From: Hyphochytrium catenoides
Lineage: Eukaryota; Protista; Hyphochytriomycota
DNA length: 42,525 nucleotides
Reading direction: 5' to 3'
Assembly (NCBI GenBank): GCA_900088475.1
Contig: FLMG01002017.1
Span: forward strand, 1 to 42,525
Part shown: positions 12,301 to 23,769 of the stretch, piece after piece
Layout of the letters: each line of letters starts with the position of its first letter
Position numbering within the stretch: the first letter of the stretch is position 1
Translations under genes and position numbers: made by a program
The notes under the pieces: generated by a model
Databases searched by the model: none
The model's input: only the letters and a program-made list of their open reading frames with translations
Told to the model about the DNA's origin: nothing

Positions 12301-15300
12301 TTTTCTTTCTTCTACTTCACGTGAGACTTCAGCCCAGGACCGGCAGCAAGGCAGGGGGGAGAAGAATGGGGCAGAGAGGCTAGTGAACAAACGTCTCAAA
12401 GCGTCCACAACCTCGCTTCTCTTTCAATGCCTGGAAGGGCAGCAGATGAAGCTCCTTCATTGCTCTGATGCTCTATCCTTCGCATCGGCGAAAGTCTCAA
12501 TTGAACAAGCTCGTGTCTCTCTCCCGCACTACTCTTCAGCAGATATAGCTCTAGGACATGAGCTCCTGCCTCTCCTGGCTCTCCCCTTAGCAAATGGCAC
12601 GGGAGTTTTGGTTGTTGACTCCTTGAGCCGTCGCCTGCCGCTAGAGCAGCTCGGGATTCAGTGGCAGGGGAGAGAGGGAGAGAAAGGGAGCGTGGGGACA
12701 AGACCAGGGTCTTTCTTCAGAGTTGGTGACGAAGTGGTGGCAGAGGAAGGCATGCTTGACTTTCTTCTTAAGGCAGCTGATACTTTCTCTCGTTGCCTGT
12801 TAGAGGTGAGGAAACGAGGATTGGTCCGCAGGAGAGTCCAAAGGGAGAATACGCTGAAAGAGGTAATGAGGGAGACAGAGAGCTTCTTGCAGAAGGTTTC
12901 AGCGGACAGGCCTCTCTCTACTGGAAAGGCTCAAGGACGTGAGAGGATGCTATCTCCATCTTTCTTCCAGCGATTCTCACCTCCTGAGCTCCTGGGCGGC
13001 TATATAGACACTCTCCTTCGACTCGTTATAGAAACTCTTCCAGGATGTGATGCCTATGTCGGCTGGATGGCCTCTGACGGTGGACTGGTAGACTTCTTCT
13101 CTGCCTCTGGAAACAGCAGGATGGCAGGGAAGAGTGTGCTCAGAGGTGAGGCAGCTTTGATGCATATTCCCATGTGGATTCCCCGCGGTTTTCTCTCATT
13201 CGTAGTTGTTAACATTTTTCTCACATTCAGGAGTATCACCGTTGACCGTCCCTCAGTCATCAGCACATGTCTTGCCCTCACTGATGTCTTTCTAGCTCTT
13301 TGTGGCTTGCCATCCTTGTTTCGCTCTTCCATCTTGCTTGTCTCCCTTGTGGCCACGTACCTGTTTGAACCGGTCATTCTGGGGCAGGTCAAGGGTTGAG
13401 CTTTGAGGTGATTGATAGGAGACAGACGCTGTGTACGGAGAGCGTCCAATCATACGTCTCGCCCGAGTCAAACCTGAAGGCCAAGCTGTTCCACCCGCGA
13501 CAGTCCGGTCCTCTCATCATGGTTCCCCTGGGACCTGGACTTGGAGTGCTAGCTATCGATGGGTTTCCCGGCTGCGCAGGTGGGAGCAAGATTAGAGTCT
13601 AGGCTGTCCTCTCTCTTCATAACTCTTCCTTAAAGGTCCGCAGCTTCGAATTTTATAAGGAGATCTTCCTCCTCTAGGAGCACAATTTCTATCCGCTTTG
13701 TCCCCTGGCGGGCCTAAAGGTTCCTCTGTGCTGTTCTCTCCGTCTTCCCCAGCCTACACGATCTCAACCACGTTGCTTGGGGTTGCCTCTCATGCTCTAT
13801 GTCGTCGAATAACTCTCTTTGGCTTTGTTCCTTCCCACACTCTCTCCTTGGTCCGAAATTTGGCACATGGAAGGTGGTCGCTTTGACCCAACCTCGAGCC
13901 CAGAACCTGGCGTTTCTCAGTGGACAGAAGAGGTCCGTTTGATTGTTCCTTACGCTGCTTGAACTTGGCCGAATGGTCTATTCTCTTACCATCCTCGTTT
14001 TAAGATCTTTCTAGCTCTCTGTACTTCAGCTGTGTCCTCGCTCTGTTCAAGGGTTTCCTTTTGGATCGTTCTGACGGTAAAGTCACGCTTCCTCTTCTGC
14101 TCTCTCCCATTCACGAGCAGGTTGGGCGCATTCTGGGTTGCTCGGCTTACGAAGCTTCCAGGACGCAGCTATTGGCACGGCTACGGGAGCACCGTGTGAG
14201 CTATTATGTGAAGAGAGGAGAGATCCTGAATTCGGCGGCCAATGAGCTCTTCTCTCTCATCCCTCAGACAGAAGAGATCTCCTTATTTTCTCTTTCCACC
14301 GCGTGCTTGGGCGACGAGCGAAGCCGGTTTCCAATGAGGTTTAGACAGGCCAACCCTCTCATGGTCACCAAGGGCAAGCAAGTCCAACAGACCTCTCCAG
14401 ACGAGAGCGCGCTTGTAGCTCTTCAAGCAGGAGGCACAGGGGACGGGGACGGAATTGAGGGAGAGACGGCGAGAGAGAGCGTGAATTTTGTGGTAGATGG
14501 AGGAGAGAACAGTGATCCGGGCGTGACATATCTATCTCTCAGAGATTATGTCCTGAGTCCTGAGGATCTGGCCATAAGCTCCACCTGGGATGGAGCAAGA
14601 AGGATTAAAGAGCATAGCAGCCGCTCAGCACTGAGAATTCGGAAGGTGAACTGTCCCATCTGGCAGGAGGACAAAGAGCTGCTGATGCTGGTAAGANNNN
14701 NNNNNNNNNNNNNNNNNNCCTCGCCGGCCACCGTCGTCTACCTTGCTAACGACTCGTCGTTCCTTAGTTCCATTTGGCCAGGATTGGAGTTCGTGGTTGT
14801 TCTTGTGACTCATCCCTCTTCGCTTTTTTCACCCTCTCTCTAACATCGACTCCCTGCTCTTCAGTCTCATCCCTTGTAGAGTGGTACTACCCTGGGCATC
14901 TCCCCTAACTTTGATCTTAACTTCCCTAACCAGCTATGGTGGCTTAGCGTCGTTTTTTCCCTCGTGCTTCAGGTTAAGCATGAGATAAGCGCCTCTCTTC
15001 AGCTTATCGCAGAGAGAGGGATGAGAGTAGCCCTCCGACGCAACCTTCTGGCTGAGGCTGAAGAGACCATCTTGAGGGGTCTCGAGGAAGATTTTGCTGC
15101 TGCGGAGAAAGATGTCCTGATGGACAACATTTCCGCCCTTCATCGCCTCCTGGATGCGCAGACATCAAGAGCGGTCTCTCTCTGCTTGAGAGCTCTGCCG
15201 GGCTGTGTCTTCCTTTCTGCGGCACTGCAGCCCGGAGGACAGCTTGTTCGGCTGCAGGTGGTAGAGGACAGCAGAGAGAAGGGCATTGGACCGCCATGCC

Positions 15301-18300
15301 CTCCCAAGGCCTCGGTTATGACTCTGTCACGGCGCGGTGAGGCCACTGGGCTACCTGGCTCGGCAGGTGAGGCGACAGAAGCGGCTAGCCTTTAGACCTC
15401 CTTCTTCTGTCAATCTGCTTCCCTGCGATGCTAAGTCTTAGCAAGAGGATTACCGTTCGAAGAATGTCCTCACTCTCATTCTTGTCCCCCAAATATATAC
15501 AGAGCAGAAGATGAGATTTGACGGATTGTTCCACTCTTCAAAGAGAGAGAAGTTCTTCTCCTACTTTGACGATGGAGAGAAAGGCGAGCGGTCAGACTAC
15601 GGAGCCATCTCACTCACTCCAGCTGAGGGCGAAGAGCGAGATAGGTTTGCGGTGCTCCTGCCACTGCTGCCGAATAGCTTCCTCACAGTTACGGCCTTTG
15701 AGCACTGCGCCGGGACAGATCCTCAGACGGGAGTCCCAGGTAGGGGAGTACTCTCTCCACCCTCTGACCGAACCTTTCCTGCCAATCCACCCAGCTCTCT
15801 TTCTCCTCCAGATCTTTATCCCACCCCATCGTTGGCCTAGCCTGCTGTCTATGGTCTGTTCTCTTTCGCCCCTTGATTTCTCTCTGTCTTGCACGCTTAC
15901 TCCTAGAATTGTTCACAAAAATAGGCTCGGGCGCTCACCTCTCACGGGTCCTTAGAGCCCGGAACCATCCTCTTTCTGCAGGGTGTGGCCAAAGTGCTCA
16001 GACAGCTGACATGGCAGCTTCAAGTACAATGGGCTCGGCGGTCTCTCTTCTCTCTGTGTCGAAGAGAGAAAGCACGCCGCCTCGACGTGTTTGCTGTATG
16101 CTTTGAGGTGGCCTCTGTCCTCCTCGTCCAAGTGGAGAGCCAGCAGGTCGTAGAACTTGAGATTGGGCTAAACTTGCCCGACGCCGCCAAGAAGAGCAAG
16201 GTATTTTCCGCTCTCTTGGCTTTCCCTCCGCTTCGTTGCGTCTCTTGGTCCTTCCCATTTTCTCTTCTCGTCTTCGCTGGTCTCTTCCTCGTTTCATCGA
16301 AATTTCGGTGATCAATCCACGGCTTTGATTCTCCAAACCCCACGCTAGCTAGTAATCGCCTTTCTCACCGTCCACTTCTTGATGGGAGGCACATTCTCCC
16401 ACTGTCAAGGTCAAAATATCTTTATGAAGTCTGCCTTGGCGAGCTCTCTGTCTTTCTTTTGCGCTTTGAATGCCTCTACGTGGCATGTCAGTCACTCATT
16501 CTTTAATCTGCCCCTTCTCTGCTCTCAGGTGAAGTTGCCCTCCAACAGCGACTCTGGTGATGCAGAAGCAGAAGCTCCTTCAGAAATCTTCGTCCATCCG
16601 GCCAGTGGGCTCTCCGTCACATCTTTGCATCTGGTTGCCTGGTGCAGGGAGAGAGCGGTGGTGCCCCCGCGTGGAGTGCACTCCTGCTTGCGCAGCGGGT
16701 GCATCTTAGCGAAGAGGAGACAAGGGGTGCACTTCGATAGCACCTTCCTGTTCCCTGCAGCTAGGACGCCACCTTACCAGTGCTTTCGGATGCTCTTCGA
16801 TTCGACTACTTCTCCTTCTTTCCCAACTTCCACTCCCGCCATAGCCACTCCTGCAGGGGAAGAAAGAGGAAAGCAATCCCTTCTCCGGCTGACTGACTCT
16901 CGAGACTTGAGAGAAAGCCTCGTTCTGACCTTAACAGCCTCCCGCATTCGACCAAAGATTCTCTGGGTCATCAACTCCTTCCCGCCCAGTGGAGAGAGTG
17001 GCGGGAGGCTAAGAAAGTTCAACGAGGAAGCAGTGCAAGGGCTAAGAGAACTCGGGGAGACAGTAGAGGAAGTGCTGGCCCTTGTCTATGCGAAGGAGGC
17101 CACGCGTCTTATCCTTTCAGAGTGTCTTTCGCTTTTTTCGAGATACTTTCACACCCGGGACTACTTCTTGGCTGCTATGCAACGCTCCAGACATGGAGAG
17201 AGCGCTGTAGAAGGGGACAGCGAGCACCCTGGACTAAAGGTGGCCGTGGTACAAGGGAGTTCTAAGGTGAAATATCCTCCCGGGGCGTTGGTCCGTAAGT
17301 CAGCATTGGAACAGGAGCTCCCACCGCAAGAAGCAAAAGAGCTCCGAGAGAAGATGGAGGCACATCTTGCTCTCCTCTCAAAGACTTCCGACCTATCTGA
17401 GGCTTCTGATGCTGTCAACCCCACTGGGGCGCAGTCAGAACCCTTCCACCAGCAGTCTATGGTTCTCAACAAGGTGATAGCCTGACTCTCTTGTTGCCTG
17501 AGTCTGCCGGCTTCGAATCCCGTCCTACCTAGTCACTCCTGACCTTGCGGTGGTCTTCTCGTCGTGTAGGAACTCTATCTCTCAAGCTTAATCATCGTTC
17601 CAAGAACTTGATACTGCCTTACTCTAACGGTCTTCTTCCATCTTCACTTGCTCTTCTGGACCCGACAGAAAACGTTCTCTCTGATGATGGACCGAAGTCT
17701 TCTTCGAAGGCAGTCGACGACGATGGGAGAGGAAGTTCTCGATTTCTATCGGAGACTTAAGCACAGGAACCAGCCTGCGAAGGAGACTGGTGCGCCTTTC
17801 TAACATCTTTCTCTTCTCTGCTTAAAGGCTTCTCCTGCCGAAGTGCCTCTCCGTAGCCCCGCGACCTCCAACAACTTATCTTTTCTTTTTTTATCTTGGC
17901 CTACAATTTTCCCTTCTCGAGCATCTAGCCCTTGGAGTTACCTCGCTTTGACCCACATGGTCCTGAAGGAGTCTGGCCCTTACTTATCTGCGCATGTTTG
18001 GCTCTCTCTTACTCTCTTTATCTCGCTCTTTCTGTGCCTGTCTCTGTCTCTGTCTCTTCTATAGACCCAACCGCGGATGTGGGAGCTATCCTCTTTCTCT
18101 TTCTCAGTCTGAAGACCAGCCGCGGTGGCTCCAGAGACTGGAGTCCTGAAACTGGCTGCTTGGGCTGGAGCTCGTTTCTCTTAGGATTGGACACGTTTGG
18201 ATCCCCATCCAGCCTACGCTACTTCAGAGCTGGTGGGCCGCTGGTGGGCAGGCTGTTGGAGCTAGCCAAGGAGGTCCGAACGGAACATCTCTCGCGCTTC

Positions 18301-19841
18301 CTCTCGCCTCAGAAGGCGCGGCATGTCTTCCTCAGGAAGGTCTTGCAAGATTGGAAAGCAGAAGGGAAGCTTCAGGTTGATACGACGTTCTCTTTCTTCA
18401 GTATTCTTCCTCACGGAACGAAGGACGGCATCCTCACCTCTACTGTCCATCTATGTGGTTTCTCCCTTCTCGCGCTGCGGCAGACTTCTCTTTTCCCCCT
18501 AACTGTGTGTTTTCTCTTCCTTTCTCTCTCCCTTTCTGCTGCTATGTAAACTCTACTTTTTCTGCTACGTACACTAGGACTCAGCCGCCCTTCCTCCCTC
18601 TCATTTCCCGACGTAACTGTTGCTAATATATTCTTCTTTCCGGCCTGGGCTCCAAAGGTCCCTAAAGCCGTGCAGGACATCAGACGCCTGGCCAACTCGC
18701 CGCAGCTCGAGGCTGTGGATTCTCCGTTTCCCAGCTCCACTGTTCAGCTCCTCTGTGCAGCTCTTCTCCTCGCCACAGGTGCTAGACGGCCAGAGGGCGC
18801 TGTCCAGACAGGAGGGAGAGCGGGAAGAGGAGAAAGAGAAGGCATGGAAAGCGGAGAGAGAAAGGTGGCTGGAGGGTGGGAGTGGGGAGATTTGAAGCTC
18901 AGATTGACAAGGGAAGGCCAACTTGCACGCCTGATAGACTCTGTGGATCCATTCGAGCGATCGTCCTGGCCTTCTCTCTTCAGAGCTCGGGCGGTTCTCA
19001 GCTCCACCGCTATGCCCGGGCTCTCCCTTGCACAGAACCTTCAATGTACGACAATCTGCTCTCGCTTAGCTTCTGCGTCTCCCCTTGGCTCTTGGTGCTG
19101 TTACCTCTGTTTCATCGGATTAACTCGTGTGTCTCTACGGCTTTCCTAATTGATTGTTGCAGCTGGAGACTCTACAGCTGTGACTCCAAGTGTGTTAAGT
19201 CTCCTGGAGCTGGTGGAGCTTATGATTGGCGTTGTCATGCTGCTGAGGAGAGAGGAGGAGGAAGAACGAGCGCAGCTCCGCTCGGAGAAGGAGTATGCAT
19301 CGATAATTCAGAGAAATTATAGGCGGTCGGTCCATCGTTGGAGGAGAAAGGCAGCCATTCAGATTCAGAGGATGGTCAGAGGCCATCTTGCCAAGAAGAA
19401 AGTGAAAAGGTGCGCCGTCCAGCGCCGTACAAGCTTAAATATTGCTGAGCAAAAAGACCATCTCACCTTCCGGAGCCTTCTTTCTCCTCCCAGAGTGCCA
19501 ATGTTGCGATCTCTTATCTGTCTCTCTTTTCCTTATCTATCATTGCCCCTTAGGAGCCGGATTGTTTTCGATCCACTACCCTCTCTTCTTACCCTTTGCT
19601 CCGCTGGTGGCTCTCTCGTAGGTTAAGAGAGCTGCGAGACAGGATCGTGAACAAGCGATTCCAAGCCATCAAACCGCCAGACTCTCTGCCGCCACGGTCA
19701 CTGGTTGCACCAGAGAGGCCAAAGCCAAAGGAAAGACCGAAGGAGGAAGGGCGCCAGGAGAGGGATAAGAGAGAGAGCAAATCGCCAAAGAGAGATAAAG
19801 GAGGAGTAGGACGGAGGAAACCTCCCCCTGCAGAGACGTAA
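6359..19841 (+). CDS. Giant multi-GAF-like repeat protein with a SAM domain and two C-terminal IQ motifs (EFCAB5-like GAF repeats), ~3,000 aa, ~20 exons
   Basis: A chain of + strand ORFs is joined by GT-AG introns with matching phase where checked (6359-6412 MTLLQSAQAYYEEAFYGE to 6501 TQTVKW; 8035/8204; 11646/11885; 13145/13388; 13578/13874/14121). Repeated GAF-type motifs: AMALVPIVHRGMALGVIGID, PYIALPLTAEDDVVGVLVIDSL, LLALPLANGTGVLVVDSL, LIMVPLGPGLGVLAIDGF. SAM-like segment: EVDGKKLLSLSDRDLSLHLELPFDRRKLLTDLINKL. IQ motifs: ASIIQRNYRR and AAIQIQRMVRGHLAKK. The start codon and some 3' exon boundaries are uncertain. Confidence 0.7.
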
Positions 19842-20147
19842 TGAAGCTGTCTCTCTCTCAAGTTGGCTTATATTAAGGCGGCACTGCTGCCTTTAACGTA
19901 TAAATAGACTAAACCTAACACTCCTGGGGACCATACCGTTCGTCACTGTGGAGCTAGCGGCAGAGTAGAGGCAGCCAGAGAGACAAGCATAACTGCTATT
20001 TAGCTCTTCCTTGGCTCATGCCGCTAAATAAAGGAGAAAGACCCTAGAGAAAAGTGCAATATCACTGACCTGTGGCACGTTGGGTCCTGCTAAGATTAAC
20101 AACGACCCTCAGCTTCGGGGACAAGAGAAGCACAAGGCTGTCCTGCT

Positions 20148-23100
20148 CTAGCTATCTCTAGCGTAATGCTCTCTAATGATGTCTCGGCCATGGTTCAGAT
20201 TGCTCTGAACGTCAAAAGCGACCGCTGGAGTAGTGCCTCCTCCTGGCTCTTTCTCCTTGTGAGAGATCTTTGTCTCCATCTCTTCCACCAGTGCATTCGC
20301 ATTCTCTCGAAATTGTCTCTCTCTCGCCTCACAAACTTCTACTGTCAGAGGCTGATTGGGCTGCACTAGACGGCACCAGAAGAGAAAGATATTGGGGGTC
20401 CCAGGTTGATTGAGCTCACGCCGCCACCGCGCTAAATCACGAGACAGAGTGCCTTCCCATTCCAGCAAAGCGCCAAACTCTGTAACAGACAAGAGATGGC
20501 CGGAACTAAGCAAAGACTCTGGGAGGGCAAGGGCGTCCACCAGAAGGAAGAGTGTCGCCTGCCAGCGCTTGGAGTGCCATGCCATCATCCTGCGCCAGGC
20601 GACAGAGCAAACGGAAACGCAGGTGCTTAGAACTTGGATTTAAGACCCGGCGTCAGGTCCACTAGCTCCCGAACTCTTACCGCTGCAAGGCCTCAGTGGG
20701 CTTCGAGGAAGGGTCAGAGCGCCATTCTGACCCGGCCCCGTCGCCTGAGCGCATCTTCTCCGTGCAGCGGCGGCTAAGACCTACTAGAATGTTCCTTTGC
20801 TCTCCTAAGAGCCATTCTGCCAGGATTGCTGACTCCACCTATATCAAGACAAAGGTCAGAAAGGAAGGTAAAGGACACCACTGCCCAGGAAGAAGAGAGT
20901 CAAAGCCACAAGAGGGCTAAGAAGCAGGCCGTAAATATTGACTGTGAGGAGTGGCCTTACCTCTTGATCTATAAGATACTCGAAGATTTGAAGGAGAGAG
21001 AGAAGAAGGGGAAAGCCAAGGGTTAGCGGTGAGTCCCTGGGCAGCTCGTCAAACATTGTGGTTCGGCTCGCATGAGGGAGACCGATGAGGCTCGGGAACT
21101 GCAGGATCCGCTCAATGAAGCGAAGAGAGAGGGAAGGACAGCTCTCAATCAGCCGACACAGAACTACATTGGCCAAGATGCTGGTCAGCTTGATCTTGTA
21201 CTGCAGGGCAGTGACAGAGGGAGAGAAAGCAGGATGCGCTTTTTAGTCGGTAGCTGAAAGGACTCGGAAAGTACGTGTCATGTGCAAAGTCTCAAGATGG
21301 ACGAGGACTGTACGGACAGGAAAGAGAAAGGCTGTCCACATAGAAAGGAACGAGACAAAGAGAAAGAGAGAGAGACAAAAAAGTAAAACCAGCGCGAACA
21401 AAGACAGCGCAAAGAAGCGATGACTTCTTTCTCTACGTAGGTATTTACCTGAAGCATGACGTTTCTTCGCTGTAGAGCTTGGCGCTTATCCTGTCCTTCC
21501 CAGTGAATTCGGAGCTTATCGAGAACTTCAAACATCGTGCACAGCTTGACAAAGCCTTTGTCTCCTAGCAGCTGAGCCTATACACGTAGCTATTGTGAGC
21601 CATGAGAGCTACTAGGTGGAAAATAGTGAAAGATAGAGATAAGAAGACATTATGAGGTGTTGAAGCCGGCTGGAATATGAGACGTAGACGCTTCGGAAAG
21701 TAGAATGTGCCTCTGAAAAATAGGACAAACAAGGTGGCAGACGGAGTGCATAAGAGAAAGTGTGTCCTGATGAAAACGACGGGAGAAAGAGACGAAGGTT
21801 AAGTTCAATTAAGCCAAATAACTATGAGTTGCACCTGTAGCTCTGGCGTCTTTCCCTTGTCCTGTCTGGGCATGATGGCAAGGTGAACGGGCTGCTGGTT
21901 TAAAGTCTCGAAGGCAATGTTGAAGCTTATCGGTTGGTCCAGGTGAGGAAGAGGCAGAGCGATGTATAACGTTGAAGGCTGGACTGTACTCTTCTCCTAA
22001 TCGGTACGAAGATATCAGACGATGCCGAAAAGATGAAAGCAAGACAGAGATAGCCATCTGCACAAGAAGTAGAAGCCGCCAGGTAGAAGAGCATGGACAA
22101 AACGAACGGGGAAATATCGTGGCAAACAAGCTAAGTGAGGGAGGACAGGAAGCAAAGAGCAGCAGGTATCGCTGCTACAGAACAGATATAAAGCCGACAT
22201 AGAAGGTAAATGGCCCTTTCTAAGCGGGAGGGAGAAGCGAGGCCCTGGGGAAGAGGTTCGGTAACTCTAACTCAGTCCATGATATTACCGGGCTGTCCTG
22301 AGGCGAGTGATCTCCTGCTTTGTCCTTGAGCTCCGCAAAGAGAGAGTGCGCTTTAAGATACTCGTTGGCTGTCTCTTGGTTGATGGTCCCTCGGCTCAGC
22401 ATGTAAGCGCACACTTCTGGCACCAGACTAGATGGAGACCCAGAAGCAACGGCAATGTTGCGAGCATGGAGAGTCATATGACCTGAGGCAAAGTCAGAGG
22501 AGAGTCTTTAGCTTGCGAGTGATCTAAGAGGAGAGGCTATTAGACAGATTGTGCTAGGGTGTGGGTTAGGCTATAGGAAGACAAGGCAAGGGATGGGCAA
22601 CTCATTTTCAATTAAGGAAGCAGCCTTAAGAGTAATGCAACGAGTAACGTATGCAAAGTCGAAACAATGATGAGGAAATGGCGACAAGCGACTGAGGAAA
22701 AAGCTAAGGATATTAGGTGGAAGACAGAGAATGAGGAAAAGAGGAGGAGCAGAGGATGTAGGGACTAAAAGAAGGGACAAATACCGACAAGTAAAGGAGA
22801 TCATGAGACAAAGAGAGGGGGAGAGAGGGAGAGAGAGAGAGAGAGGAGACTAGTGAGAGTGGGAAAAGAGACAACAGGGAAAGAGGAATCAGAGGCGCAC
22901 ACACAGACCGCTCTGGATGCCCGTGATGGCCAAAGCCCGGACGGCAGCAAAGTTCTGTGCAAGTCCGACGCACACGATGGTTCGTGCCAGCTCCTCAGCC
23001 GACGGTCGACGTAAGATCTCATGCGAGACGCGGTACCCGGGATGTGTTTGAACAGCACCTGCAGGAAAGGAGTAAGGGCATTTGATTAGACGGGAAAGTG

Positions 23101-23731
23101 ATTAGACAGAGAAGCAGATAACCGAAGGAATTCTAGAGAGAGTCAGAGATGTAAGCGGCGTTCAGGACAGACTGCAGCACCAAAAGGAGCTTTGCTTGCA
23201 TCGCCGATAGCAGAAAGAGAGGGAGTGGAAGAGCCCGGGAACAAGGGAGCCACCGCCAATATCAAGCACAGAAGAGTGAGGAGTAATACAAGGAAAGATC
23301 TGAAAGAGCAAGAGAGCACAAAAGAAAAATTATCAAGGCTCGAGACCTCCTTTACTTCCCACAGCGACAGGCAGCTCCAGCTCGCCGATCAGACATTTGG
23401 AGCCGTTGACTTCGGCGACACGGTAGGAGGAGAGGGAAGAGTAGCGCCCGGAGCGGCAGGCAAACGCGTGCGCCGCTGCCTCCAGAGCCCGGAAGTCTTG
23501 GCCGGTGGCCAGACAGACCGCATCAATGCCATTCATTATGCCCTGATCAAGACAGGAAGCAGATAATGAGCTAGATATCCTGAAGAGCGGAGGAAGCCCG
23601 TCTTTTTCTGCAGAGAGATCTAAAATTCGGCCCTGACTCTCCGCGTCACACCCGCCATTTTCAGTTCCGCATTTTTGAGTCGATGTTGAGCGATTATACC
23701 TCTTTCTATCCCTCCCTCTCCCTCTCCCTCT

Positions 23732-23769
<38 letters not shown>

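Noticed and set aside
20148-22129. A separate hypothetical minus-strand gene downstream of HMGR
   Set aside because: No convincing independent start was found. Its first exon has an upstream acceptor in phase with the HMGR donor at 22289, so it is treated as part of HMGR pending cDNA.
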